This document shows, in pieces, positions 23,214 through 33,158 of a DNA stretch of 64,000 bases. Location: assembly GCF_044647545.1 (NCBI RefSeq), contig NZ_CP172818.1, one strand, 5' to 3'. The notes beneath the pieces are model-generated. The model did no database searches and was not told the origin of the DNA. It worked only from the letters and a program-made list of their open reading frames with translations. The position numbers were made by a program, and so were the translations under genes. The DNA is from Escherichia coli. GTDB lineage: Bacteria > Pseudomonadota > Gammaproteobacteria > Enterobacterales > Enterobacteriaceae. How positions within the stretch are numbered: position 1 is the first letter of the stretch; the number at the start of each line of letters is the position of its first letter.

Positions 23214-25454
23214 TCAGAAGTGAGTGTTTACGCTCATATACCACGTACGTCCCGGCTCGTTATAGGTATACGCCCCGGCACCTGCGATATAGTTGGCTCC
23301 TGCCAGATCGCCCGTGGTCTGGGCATTACCCGCACGCCACAAACGTTTGTCGAACAGGTTGTCCACGCCGCCGGTCAGACTGACATTCTTCGTCACATCC
23401 CAGGTCGCGCTCAGGCCAACAATGCTGTACGGGCTGATTTCTTTGGTTTCCGGTCCAACCGCTGGCTGACCTTTATAGTTGTACTTCTTCGGCTGCTGCT
23501 TGCCGTACCAGGTGAAGGTTGTTTGCATCGACAAATCTTCCCGTGCCTGCCAGCTCAGCGTTGAGTTCAACGTATACTCCGGGATGATCGACAAACGGTC
23601 GCCCGTGGTTTTGTTTTCACTCTTCAGCATATAAGTGATGTTATTGGTCCACATCACCGTTTCGCTAACCGGTACGTTTAACGATCCTTCCAGACCTTCA
23701 ACCACCGCTTTCGGTACGTTATCCCACTGATAGAGATCGGTGCCGACTGCGTTTTGCCCTACAGCCACATAGCCCGCTTCAATCTTATTGCGATAATCGT
23801 TACGGAACCAGGTGACGCCCGCCAGCCAGCCGTCGCGTTTGAACTCCAGACCAATCTCTTTGTTGATGCTGGTTTCCGCTTTCAGGTCATCATTACCTTG
23901 CAGATAGCAGCCGCCCGCGCTGGCATAGCAACCCTGACCTTTACTGTAGAGAATGTAGTTCGGGTTAGTCTGGTACAGGCTCGGTGCTTTATAGGCGCGG
24001 GCAATGCCCATTTTCAGCGTGAAGTCATCGCCTAAACCTTGCGATATGTTCAGCGCCGGGCTCCAGTTATTGCCAACAATGCTGTGATGATCGAAACGCA
24101 GCCCCGGCGTTACGATGGTGCTGTCAGTCAGCTCCATATTGTTTTCGGCAAATAGCGAGAAAATTTCTGCTTTTGAATACGGGCTACGGTCGGTGGCACT
24201 CACACCATCAATAGCACCGCCAGTATTCGTCCCAGTGAGCGCCTGGGTGTTGGAACTTAAATCCTTCATCCGCTGCTGATTCCACTCCGTACCCAGCGTC
24301 AGCGTCTGGTTAACGAGGAAATCAATCGGCAGGTTAACTTCGCTGTGCAGCATCACGTCATCGAGATCGATATCGACGAAATCCTGTGTCGCTTTTTCGT
24401 TAAATTTCCCTTCGGTACCGCCCGCCAGACCTTCCGGAATACGCGAGTTACGGGTGTGTTCGTACTGCACCCAGTTGCTGGTGGTCACGCCGTTATCCCA
24501 GCCACCGTTCCAGGTCAGCGAGTAGTTCTGGCGATACAGGCGGTTGGTTTCATCGCCATATTTCGAGCGAGTGTAAGCGTCAGAGTTGGTGTTCTGAGTA
24601 TCACCCGCATACAGGTTACCCTGGCGGCTGTAGCCCGCTTCCAGTTCGAGTGATTGCAGAGGCGCGAAGTCCCAGCGCACTACGCCATTAATATCTTTGT
24701 TAATTACCCCTTCGCGCCCGGCTGGTAACGTCGTGGCATACGTTCCGGCACGCGCGGACTGATGGCCCTGGTTGATATCCCACGCGTCAGCCTGGGTTTT
24801 GTCGAGGTTGCCATACAAGCGGAAGCTGAATTCGTCGCCCAGCGGACCGGTCAGGCTGAAGTTGGTGCGTTTGGTGGCACCTTCCTCTTTATGTTCTGGC
24901 GCATTGAAATAAGCATCCCAGGAGCCGTGCCACTCACCGCTGCCTTTTTTGGTAATGATGTTAACCACGCCGCCCGCCGCGCCGTTGCCATAACGCGCAG
25001 CTGCCGGACCACGCAGAACTTCAATACGTTCAATCATTTCAGGTGGCACCCAGGAGGTATCACCACGGGTATCGCGCTCGCCACGCCAGCCCTGACGCAC
25101 TGAGTTACGGCTGCTTACCGGCTTGCCGTCAATCAAAATCAGCGTGTTTTCCGGACCCATGCCGCGAATATCAATCTGGCGGTTATTCCCACGCTGACCA
25201 CTGGTGGAGTTACCGGTCAGGTTAACGCCTGGCATGGTACGGATGATCTCCGACACATCACGGGCAACGGGGTTTTTGCGGATTTCATCTGCGGTGATGG
25301 TCGAAACGCCAGGCGCCTGCAAGTTCTGCTCGGCGGCGGTAACGACAATGGTATCGTCATGTGAAACAGGAGTATCGGTCGGCTCTTGTGCCTGTGCTAC
25401 CCCATAAATCCCCAGATTGACCAACAAGGCCAGGGAATGAATCTTCTTGTTCAT
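23214..25454 (-). CDS. fepA: TonB-dependent ferric enterobactin outer-membrane receptor
   Basis: 746-aa precursor from MNKKIHSLALLVNLGIYGVAQA; TonB box DTIVVTA near the N-terminus; C-terminal …VNTHF terminal Phe. Confidence 0.95.
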   Translation of the reverse strand: MNKKIHSLALLVNLGIYGVAQAQEPTDTPVSHDDTIVVTAAEQNLQAPGVSTITADEIRKNPVARDVSEIIRTMPGVNLTGNSTSGQRGNNRQIDIRGMGPENTLILIDGKPVSSRNSVRQGWRGERDTRGDTSWVPPEMIERIEVLRGPAAARYGNGAAGGVVNIITKKGSGEWHGSWDAYFNAPEHKEEGATKRTNFSLTGPLGDEFSFRLYGNLDKTQADAWDINQGHQSARAGTYATTLPAGREGVINKDINGVVRWDFAPLQSLELEAGYSRQGNLYAGDTQNTNSDAYTRSKYGDETNRLYRQNYSLTWNGGWDNGVTTSNWVQYEHTRNSRIPEGLAGGTEGKFNEKATQDFVDIDLDDVMLHSEVNLPIDFLVNQTLTLGTEWNQQRMKDLSSNTQALTGTNTGGAIDGVSATDRSPYSKAEIFSLFAENNMELTDSTIVTPGLRFDHHSIVGNNWSPALNISQGLGDDFTLKMGIARAYKAPSLYQTNPNYILYSKGQGCYASAGGCYLQGNDDLKAETSINKEIGLEFKRDGWLAGVTWFRNDYRNKIEAGYVAVGQNAVGTDLYQWDNVPKAVVEGLEGSLNVPVSETVMWTNNITYMLKSENKTTGDRLSIIPEYTLNSTLSWQAREDLSMQTTFTWYGKQQPKKYNYKGQPAVGPETKEISPYSIVGLSATWDVTKNVSLTGGVDNLFDKRLWRAGNAQTTGDLAGANYIAGAGAYTYNEPGRTWYMSVNTHF

Positions 25455-25611
25455 TGTTTTATTCCTGCATTTTTGCCACGAATTGCAACTGTCGGGCATG
25501 GTCGTCATCAATACGACGCACCCCGCTACCGCGAAAACCTTTGATCCTGAAAGACACGCAGTGCAGTTGGTTAATTAATGTCCGCGCTTCCCACGGCGCG
25601 CCATTACGCTA

Positions 25612-25676
25612 TTGCAAATGCAAATAGTTATCAATAATATTATCAATATATTTCTGCAATCAATGAAAAATTGCAC
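25612..25676. promoter_or_regulatory. Fur-box cluster in the fepA/fes divergent promoter region
   Basis: AT-rich hexamer array GCAAATGCAAATAGTTATCAATAATATTATCAATAT resembling the GATAAT-type Fur consensus, plus TGCAAT…ATTGCA inverted repeat. Confidence 0.55.
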
Positions 25677-25696
25677 AGTAAACATGGGGTTATGGT

Positions 25697-26899
25697 GTGA
25701 CGGCGTTAAAAGTAGGAAGTGAGAGCTGGTGGCAGTCGAAACATGGCCCGGAATGGCAGCGTCTGAATGACGAAATGTTTGAGGTCACTTTCTGGTGGCG
25801 TGATCCCCAAGGTTCTGAAGAATACTCGACGATAAAGCGCGTATGGGTCTACATCACTGGTGTGACCGATCACCATCAGAACAGCCAGCCCCAGTCGATG
25901 CAGCGAATTGCAGGCACCAACGTCTGGCAGTGGACGACACAGCTCAATGCCAACTGGCGCGGCAGCTACTGCTTTATTCCCACCGAACGCGATGACATTT
26001 TTTCTGCACCATCCCCCGATCGCCTCGAATTACGTGAAGGCTGGCGAAAACTATTACCCCAGGCGATAGCCGATCCGCTGAATCCACAAAGCTGGAAAGG
26101 CGGGCGAGGGCACGCTGTTTCTGCACTCGAAATGCCGCAAGCGCCTCTGCAACCGGGATGGGATTGTCCGCAAGCGCCAGAAACGCCTGCCAAAGAAATT
26201 ATCTGGAAAAGTGAACGGTTGAAAAATTCACGCCGTGTATGGATTTTTATCACCGGCGATGCAACAGCAGAAGAACGCCCGCTGGCAGTTTTGCTTGATG
26301 GTGAATTTTGGGCGCAGAGTATGCCCGTCTGGCCTGCGCTAACTTCGCTGACCCATCGTCGGCAACTTCCTCCCGCCGTGTATGTGTTGATCGATGCTAT
26401 CGACACCACGCACCGCGCCCACGAACTGCCGTGTAATGCGGATTTCTGGCTGGCAGTACAGCAAGAGTTATTACCCCTGGTGAAAGCTATTGCCTCTTTT
26501 AGCGATCGCGCCGATCGCACCGTGGTCGCCGGGCAGAGTTTTGGTGGGCTTTCCGCGCTGTATGCCGGACTGCACTGGCCTGAACGCTTTGGCTGTGTAT
26601 TAAGCCAGTCAGGATCGTACTGGTGGCCGCATCGGGGCGGGCAGCAAGAAGGTGCTTTACTTGAGCAACTTAAAGCTGGTCAAGTTAGCGCCGAAGGTCT
26701 GCGCATTGTGCTGGAAGCGGGTATTCGCGAGCCGATGATCATGCAGGCCAATCAGGCGCTGTATGCGCAATTACACCCCATAAAAGAATCCATTTTCTGG
26801 CGTCAGGTTGACGGCGGACATGATGCGCTTTGTTGGCGCGGTGGCTTGATGCAGGGGCTAATCGACCTCTGGCAACCACTTTTCCATGACAGGAGTTGA
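25697..26899 (+). CDS. fes: Ferric enterobactin esterase
   Basis: ORF from a GTG start (MTALKVGSESWWQSKHGPEWQ…), 400 aa; esterase GQSFGG (GxSxG) motif present. A later start giving about 374 aa is possible. Confidence 0.88.
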   Translation: MTALKVGSESWWQSKHGPEWQRLNDEMFEVTFWWRDPQGSEEYSTIKRVWVYITGVTDHHQNSQPQSMQRIAGTNVWQWTTQLNANWRGSYCFIPTERDDIFSAPSPDRLELREGWRKLLPQAIADPLNPQSWKGGRGHAVSALEMPQAPLQPGWDCPQAPETPAKEIIWKSERLKNSRRVWIFITGDATAEERPLAVLLDGEFWAQSMPVWPALTSLTHRRQLPPAVYVLIDAIDTTHRAHELPCNADFWLAVQQELLPLVKAIASFSDRADRTVVAGQSFGGLSALYAGLHWPERFGCVLSQSGSYWWPHRGGQQEGALLEQLKAGQVSAEGLRIVLEAGIREPMIMQANQALYAQLHPIKESIFWRQVDGGHDALCWRGGLMQGLIDLWQPLFHDRS

Positions 26900-26901
26900 A
26901 T

Positions 26902-27120
26902 ATGGCATTCAGTAATCCCTTCGATGATCCACAGGGAGCGTTTTACATTTTGCGCAATGCGCAGGGGCAATTCAGTCTGTGGCCGCAACAATGCCTCTTA
27001 CCGGCAGGCTGGGACATTGTGTGTCAGCCGCAGTCACAAGAGTCCTGCCAGCAGTGGCTGGAAGTCCACTGGCGTACTCTGACACCGGCGAATTTCACCC
27101 AGTTGCAGGAGGCACAATGA
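26902..27120 (+). CDS. ybdZ: MbtH-like protein, NRPS adenylation-domain partner
   Basis: 72-aa ORF MAFSNPFDDPQGAFYILRNAQGQFSLWPQQ… with the conserved Trp pattern of MbtH-like proteins; its ATG lies 2 bp after the fes stop and its stop overlaps the entF ATG. Confidence 0.85.
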   Translation: MAFSNPFDDPQGAFYILRNAQGQFSLWPQQCLLPAGWDIVCQPQSQESCQQWLEVHWRTLTPANFTQLQEAQ

Positions 27121-30100
27121 GCCAGCATTTACCTTTGGTCGCCGCACAGCCCGGCATCTGGATGGCAGAAAAACTGTCGGATTTACCCTCCGCCTGGAGC
27201 GTGGCGCATTACGTTGAGTTAACCGGAGAGGTTGATGCGCCATTACTGGCCCGCGCGGTGGTTGCCGGATTAGCGCAAGCAGATACGCTGCGGATGCGTT
27301 TTACGGAAGATAACGGCGAAGTCTGGCAATGGGTCGATGATGCGCTGACGTTCGAACTGCCAGAAATTATCGACCTGCGAACCAACATTGATCCGCACGG
27401 TACTGCGCAGGCATTAATGCAGGCGGATTTGCAACAAGATCTGCGCGTCGATAGCGGTAAACCACTGGTCTTTCATCAGTTGATACAGGTGGCGGATAAC
27501 CGCTGGTACTGGTATCAGCGTTATCACCATTTGCTGGTCGATGGGTTTAGTTTCCCGGCCATTACCCGCCAGATCGCCAACATTTACTGCGCATGGCTGC
27601 GTGGCGAACCTACGCCTGCTTCGCCGTTTACGCCTTTCGCTGATGTAGTGGAAGAGTACCAGCAATACCGCGAAAGCGAAGCCTGGCAGCGTGATGCGGC
27701 ATTCTGGGCGGAACAGCGTCGTCAATTGCCGCCGCCCGCGTCACTTTCTCCGGCACCTTTACCGGGGCGCAGCGCCTCGGCAGATATTCTGCGCCTGAAA
27801 CTGGAATTTACCGACGGGGAATTCCGCCAGTTGGCTACGCAACTTTCAGGTGTGCAGCGTACCGATTTAGCCCTTGCGTTGGCAGCCTTGTGGCTGGGGC
27901 GATTGTGCAACCGCATGGACTACGCTGCCGGATTTATCTTTATGCGTCGACTGGGCTCGGCGGCGCTGACGGCTACCGGACCCGTGCTCAACGTTTTGCC
28001 GTTGGGTATTCATATTGCGGCGCAAGAAACGCTGCCGGAACTGGCAACCCGACTGGCGGCTCAACTGAAAAAAATGCGTCGCCATCAACGTTACGATGCC
28101 GAACAAATTGTCCGTGACAGCGGGCGAGCGGCAGGTGATGAACCGCTGTTTGGTCCGGTACTCAATATCAAGGTATTTGATTACCAACTGGATATTCCTG
28201 ATGTTCAGGCGCAAACCCATACCCTGGCTACCGGTCCGGTTAATGACCTTGAGCTGGCCCTGTTCCCGGATGAACACGGTGATTTGAGTATTGAGATCCT
28301 CGCCAATAAACAGCGTTACGATGAGCCAACGTTAATTCAACACGCTGAACGCCTGAAAATGCTGATTGCCCAGTTCGCCGCGGATCCGGCGCTGTTGTGC
28401 GGCGATGTCGATATTATGCTGCCAGGTGAATATGCGCAGCTGGCGCAGATCAACGCCACTCAGGTTGAGATTCCAGAAACCACGCTGAGCGCGCTGGTGG
28501 CAGAACAAGCGGCAAAAACACCGGATGCTCCGGCGCTGGTTGATGCGCGTTACCAGTTCAGCTATCGGGAAATGCGCGAACAGGTGGTGGCGCTGGCGAA
28601 TCTGCTGCGTGAGCGCGGCGTTAAACCAGGCGACAGCGTGGCGGTGGCATTACCGCGCTCGGTCTTTTTGACCCTGGCGCTACATGCGATTGTTGAAGCT
28701 GGTGCGGCCTGGCTACCTCTGGATACCGGCTATCCGGACGATCGCCTGAAAATGATGCTGGAAGATGCGCGTCCATCGCTGTTAATCACCACCGACGATC
28801 AACTGCCGCGCTTTGCCGATGTTCCAGATTTAACCCGCCTTTGCTATAACGCCCCGCTTATACCACAGGGCAGTGCGCCGCTGCAGCTTTCACAACCGCA
28901 CCACACGGCTTATATCATCTTCACCTCCGGTTCCACCGGCAGGCCGAAAGGGGTAATGGTCGGGCAGACGGCTATCGTTAACCGCCTGCTCTGGATGCAA
29001 AACCACTACCCGCTTACAGGCGAAGATGTCGTTGCCCAAAAAACGCCGTGCAGTTTTGATGTCTCGGTGTGGGAGTTTTTCTGGCCGTTTATTGCCGGGG
29101 CTAAACTGGTGATGGCTGAACCGGAAGCGCACCGCGACCCGCTCGCTATGCAGCAATTCTTTGCCGAATATGGTGTAACAACCACGCACTTTGTGCCGTC
29201 GATGCTGGCGGCATTTGTTGCATCGATGACGCCGCAAACCGCTCGTCAGAGTTGCGCGACGTTGAAACAGGTTTTCTGTAGTGGTGAGGCCTTACCGGCT
29301 GATTTATGCCGCGAATGGCAACAGTTAACCGGCGCGCCGTTGCATAATCTGTATGGCCCGACGGAAGCAGCGGTAGATGTCAGCTGGTATCCGGCCTTTG
29401 GCGAGGAACTGGCACAGGTACGCGGCAGCAGTGTGCCGATTGGTTATCCGGTGTGGAATACGGGCCTGCGCATTCTCGATGCGATGATGCATCCGGTGCC
29501 GCCGGGTGTGGCGGGAGATCTCTATCTCACCGGTATTCAACTGGCGCAGGGGTATCTTGGACGACCCGATCTGACAGCCAGCCGCTTTATTGCCGATCCT
29601 TTTGCGCCAGGTGAACGCATGTACCGTACCGGAGATGTTGCCCGCTGGCTGGATAACGGCGCGGTGGAGTATCTCGGGCGTAGTGATGATCAGCTAAAAA
29701 TTCGCGGGCAGCGTATCGAACTGGGCGAAATTGATCGCGTGATGCAGGCGCTGCCGGATGTCGAACAAGCCGTTACCCACGCCTGTGTGATTAACCAGGC
29801 GGCAGCCACTGGTGGTGATGCGCGTCAGTTGGTGGGCTATCTGGTGTCGCAATCAGGTCTGCCGTTGGATACCAGCGCATTACAGGCGCAGCTTCGTGAA
29901 ACATTGCCACCACATATGGTACCGGTGGTTCTGCTGCAACTTCCACAGTTACCACTTAGCGCCAACGGCAAGCTGGATCGCAAAGCCTTACCGTTGCCTG
30001 AACTGAAGGCACAAGCGCCGGGGCGTGCGCCGAAAGCGGGCAGTGAAACGATTATCGCCGCGGCATTCTCGTCGTTGCTGGGTTGTGACGTGCAGGATGC

Positions 30101-30998
30101 CGATGCTGATTTCTTTGCGCTTGGCGGTCATTCGCTACTGGCAATGAAACTGGCAGCGCAGTTAAGTCGGCAGTTTGCCCGTCAGGTGACGCCGGGTCAG
30201 GTGATGGTCGCGTCAACCGTCGCCAAACTGGCAACGATTATTGATGGTGAAGAAGACAGCACCCAGCGCATGGGATTCGAAACCATTCTGCCGTTGCGTG
30301 AAGGTAATGGTCCGACGCTGTTTTGTTTCCATCCGGCATCCGGTTTTGCCTGGCAGTTTAGCGTGCTCTCGCGTTATCTCGATCCACAATGGTCGATTAT
30401 TGGCATCCAGTCGCCACGCCCTCATGGCCCCATGCAGACGGCGGCAAACCTGGATGAAGTCTGCGAAGCGCATCTGGCAACGTTACTTGAGCATCAACCG
30501 CACGGCCCTTATTACCTGCTGGGTTATTCGCTGGGCGGTACGCTGGCGCAGGGTATTGCGGCGCGGCTGCGTGCCCGTGGCGAACAGGTGGCATTTCTTG
30601 GCTTGCTGGATACCTGGCCGCCAGAAACGCAAAACTGGCAGGAAAAAGAGGCTAATGGCCTGGACCCGGAAGTGCTGGCGGAGATTAACCGCGAGCGCGA
30701 GGCCTTCCTGGCGGCACAGCAGGGAAGTACTTCAACGGAGTTGTTTACCACCATTGAAGGCAACTACGCTGATGCTGTGCGCCTGCTGACGACTGCTCAT
30801 AGCGTACCGTTTGAAGGTAAAGCGACGCTGTTTGTTGCTGAACGCACGCTTCAGGAAGGTATGAATCCCGAACGCGCCTGGTCGCCGTGGATTACGGAGC
30901 TGGATATCTATCGTCAGGATTGTGCGCATGTGGATATTATCTCGCCGATGGCGTTTGAAAAAATAGGGCCGATTATTCGTGCGACGCTAAATAAGTAA
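27117..30998 (+). CDS. entF: Enterobactin non-ribosomal peptide synthetase (C-A-PCP-TE, serine-activating)
   Basis: 1293-aa product from MSQHLPLVAAQPGIWMAEKL; adenylation core FTSGSTGRPKG, carrier-domain GGHSL motif, thioesterase GYSLGG motif all visible. Confidence 0.95.
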   Translation: MSQHLPLVAAQPGIWMAEKLSDLPSAWSVAHYVELTGEVDAPLLARAVVAGLAQADTLRMRFTEDNGEVWQWVDDALTFELPEIIDLRTNIDPHGTAQALMQADLQQDLRVDSGKPLVFHQLIQVADNRWYWYQRYHHLLVDGFSFPAITRQIANIYCAWLRGEPTPASPFTPFADVVEEYQQYRESEAWQRDAAFWAEQRRQLPPPASLSPAPLPGRSASADILRLKLEFTDGEFRQLATQLSGVQRTDLALALAALWLGRLCNRMDYAAGFIFMRRLGSAALTATGPVLNVLPLGIHIAAQETLPELATRLAAQLKKMRRHQRYDAEQIVRDSGRAAGDEPLFGPVLNIKVFDYQLDIPDVQAQTHTLATGPVNDLELALFPDEHGDLSIEILANKQRYDEPTLIQHAERLKMLIAQFAADPALLCGDVDIMLPGEYAQLAQINATQVEIPETTLSALVAEQAAKTPDAPALVDARYQFSYREMREQVVALANLLRERGVKPGDSVAVALPRSVFLTLALHAIVEAGAAWLPLDTGYPDDRLKMMLEDARPSLLITTDDQLPRFADVPDLTRLCYNAPLIPQGSAPLQLSQPHHTAYIIFTSGSTGRPKGVMVGQTAIVNRLLWMQNHYPLTGEDVVAQKTPCSFDVSVWEFFWPFIAGAKLVMAEPEAHRDPLAMQQFFAEYGVTTTHFVPSMLAAFVASMTPQTARQSCATLKQVFCSGEALPADLCREWQQLTGAPLHNLYGPTEAAVDVSWYPAFGEELAQVRGSSVPIGYPVWNTGLRILDAMMHPVPPGVAGDLYLTGIQLAQGYLGRPDLTASRFIADPFAPGERMYRTGDVARWLDNGAVEYLGRSDDQLKIRGQRIELGEIDRVMQALPDVEQAVTHACVINQAAATGGDARQLVGYLVSQSGLPLDTSALQAQLRETLPPHMVPVVLLQLPQLPLSANGKLDRKALPLPELKAQAPGRAPKAGSETIIAAAFSSLLGCDVQDADADFFALGGHSLLAMKLAAQLSRQFARQVTPGQVMVASTVAKLATIIDGEEDSTQRMGFETILPLREGNGPTLFCFHPASGFAWQFSVLSRYLDPQWSIIGIQSPRPHGPMQTAANLDEVCEAHLATLLEHQPHGPYYLLGYSLGGTLAQGIAARLRARGEQVAFLGLLDTWPPETQNWQEKEANGLDPEVLAEINREREAFLAAQQGSTSTELFTTIEGNYADAVRLLTTAHSVPFEGKATLFVAERTLQEGMNPERAWSPWITELDIYRQDCAHVDIISPMAFEKIGPIIRATLNK

Positions 30999-31011
30999 AT
31001 TTATATTATCT

Positions 31012-31060
31012 ATAAACCCATAATTACAATAAATGATTATGGGTTTATTATTTATTTAAT
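31012..31060 (+). terminator. AT-rich 13-bp perfect inverted repeat followed by T-rich tract downstream of entF
   Basis: ATAAACCCATAAT … ATTATGGGTTTAT with about an 11-nt loop, then TTATTTATTTAATTTAT; about 14 bp after the entF stop. Confidence 0.5.
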
Positions 31061-31212
31061 TTATCAATTTAACGGATATTTCTCTGAAATAGAGTGAATG
31101 TTGCATTCAGTGGGAGGAATTTACAAACTTCAGCTTCGGATAAATCTCACCAACTGGTAAAGTGGGGGCCGTGGAGATTTACTCTTATTGGACCCATTTC
31201 AGGTTATACCGC

Positions 31213-32346
31213 ATGTCATCACTGAATATTAAACAGGGAAGTGACGCTCATTTTCCCGAGTATCCTCTGGCGTCGCCCAGTAATAATGAAATTGATTTAC
31301 TTAATCTAATCGACGTTTTATGGCGGGCAAAAAAAACGGTCATGGCGGTCGTTTTTGCGTTTGCCTGCACAGGATTGCTGATCTCTTTCATCCTGCCGCA
31401 AAAATGGACCAGCGCGGCGGTTGTCACGCCTCCAGAACCTGTTCAGTGGCAAGAACTGGAGAAAACATTCACTAAGCTTCGTGTGCTGGATCTGGATATC
31501 AAAATTGATCGTACAGAAGTATTTAACCTGTTTATCAAGAAGTTTCAGTCTGTTAGCTTACTAGAAGAGTACCTGCGCTCATCACCTTATGTGATGGACC
31601 AATTAAAAGAGGCGAAAATCGACGAACTGGATTTGCATCGAGCTATCGTCGCATTGAGCGAAAAAATGAAAGCGGTTGATGACAATGCCAGTAAGAAAAA
31701 AGATGAACCGTCACTGTATACCTCCTGGACGCTAAGTTTTACCGCGCCAACCAGTGAAGAGGCGCAGACCGTTTTGAGCGGGTATATCGATTATATCTCT
31801 GCGTTGGTGGTGAAAGAGTCGATAGAAAACGTCCGTAATAAACTGGAGATCAAAACCCAGTTTGAAAAAGAAAAACTGGCTCAGGATCGCATTAAAACGA
31901 AAAATCAACTTGATGCAAACATTCAGCGCCTCAATTATTCACTCGACATTGCCAACGCGGCAGGAATTAAAAAGCCCGTTTACAGTAATGGTCAGGCCGT
32001 TAAAGATGACCCCGATTTCTCTATTTCTCTCGGCGCAGACGGTATTGAACGCAAACTGGAAATTGAAAAAGCGGTTACTGACGTTGCGGAATTGAACGGT
32101 GAATTACGTAATCGTCAGTATCTTGTTGAGCAGCTAACAAAAGCAAATATCAACGATGTGAATTTTACGCCGTTTAAATATCAGTTAAGCCCGTCATTGC
32201 CAGTGAAAAAAGACGGTCCGGGTAAGGCGATTATTGTGATCCTTTCTGCGATGATCGGCGGGATGGTGGCTTGTGGTGGCGTGCTGTTGCGCCATGCGAT
32301 GGCATCCAGAAAACAGGATGCCGTGATGGAAGAGCACTTAGTTTAA
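31213..32346 (+). CDS. fepE: Wzz-type polysaccharide co-polymerase (chain-length regulator) encoded inside the enterobactin cluster
   Basis: Start at MSSLNIKQGSDAHFPEY… (377 aa); two TM helices at the N- and C-terminal ends flanking a coiled-coil-rich periplasmic domain; visibly lower GC than neighbours. Confidence 0.85.
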   Translation: MSSLNIKQGSDAHFPEYPLASPSNNEIDLLNLIDVLWRAKKTVMAVVFAFACTGLLISFILPQKWTSAAVVTPPEPVQWQELEKTFTKLRVLDLDIKIDRTEVFNLFIKKFQSVSLLEEYLRSSPYVMDQLKEAKIDELDLHRAIVALSEKMKAVDDNASKKKDEPSLYTSWTLSFTAPTSEEAQTVLSGYIDYISALVVKESIENVRNKLEIKTQFEKEKLAQDRIKTKNQLDANIQRLNYSLDIANAAGIKKPVYSNGQAVKDDPDFSISLGADGIERKLEIEKAVTDVAELNGELRNRQYLVEQLTKANINDVNFTPFKYQLSPSLPVKKDGPGKAIIVILSAMIGGMVACGGVLLRHAMASRKQDAVMEEHLV

Positions 32347-33158
32347 ATCTTGGCAGTTGAAGGTGCCGTTCGTCCGAGCGGCACCACGAGCGGAGTTCCG
32401 GCTACCGGATCGTCAATAATCATGCAGCGCAGACCATAAATGCGCTCGATCAATTCAGCAGTGACAATCTCCTTCGGCGCTCCCTGAGCAACAATTTTCC
32501 CTTCCCGCAATGCAATCAAATGGCTGGCGTAACGACAGGCCTGATTAAGATCGTGCAGCACCGCCGCCAGGGTATAGCCTTTCTCGCGGTTCAGTTCGCT
32601 TAACAGTTCCAGCAAATCAATCTGATGACTGATATCCAGCCAGGTCGTGGGTTCATCGAGCAGCATAATTGCCGTTTCCTGGGCCAGCACCATTGCTATC
32701 CACGCTCGCTGGCGTTGTCCGCCAGAAAGGGTATCCACGCTTTGATCTGCCAGATGAGTGATTCCCGTGGCCTGCATCGCTTTCGTTACCGCGTCTTCAT
32801 CCTCTTTGCGCCAGCGGGTAAACAGCGGTTGATGCGGGTAACGTCCACGCGCCACCAGCTCCTGCACGGTGATATCGCCCGGCGTGGTAGCATTTTGCGC
32901 CAACAGACCAATCCGGCGTGCAACCTCTTTACTGGCGTAATGTTGAATGTGCTCACCATCCAGCCAGACATGCCCGTGAGCAGGTGTCATCAGGCGGCTT
33001 AAAGTACGCAGTAACGTGGATTTACCGCAGCCATTTGGCCCGATAATTGCCGTGAAGTGACCATCAGGTATTTCTACAGTCAGATTCTCCGCAACGGTAT
33101 ATTTGCCATATCCGAGGGTTAACTGTTCGCCGCGCAAACGGGCTACTGATTCGGTCAT
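32343..33158 (-). CDS. fepC: Ferric enterobactin ABC transporter ATP-binding protein
   Basis: 271 aa from MTESVARLRGEQL; Walker A GPNGCGKST and ABC signature LSGGQRQR present. Confidence 0.92.
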   Translation of the reverse strand: MTESVARLRGEQLTLGYGKYTVAENLTVEIPDGHFTAIIGPNGCGKSTLLRTLSRLMTPAHGHVWLDGEHIQHYASKEVARRIGLLAQNATTPGDITVQELVARGRYPHQPLFTRWRKEDEDAVTKAMQATGITHLADQSVDTLSGGQRQRAWIAMVLAQETAIMLLDEPTTWLDISHQIDLLELLSELNREKGYTLAAVLHDLNQACRYASHLIALREGKIVAQGAPKEIVTAELIERIYGLRCMIIDDPVAGTPLVVPLGRTAPSTAKI

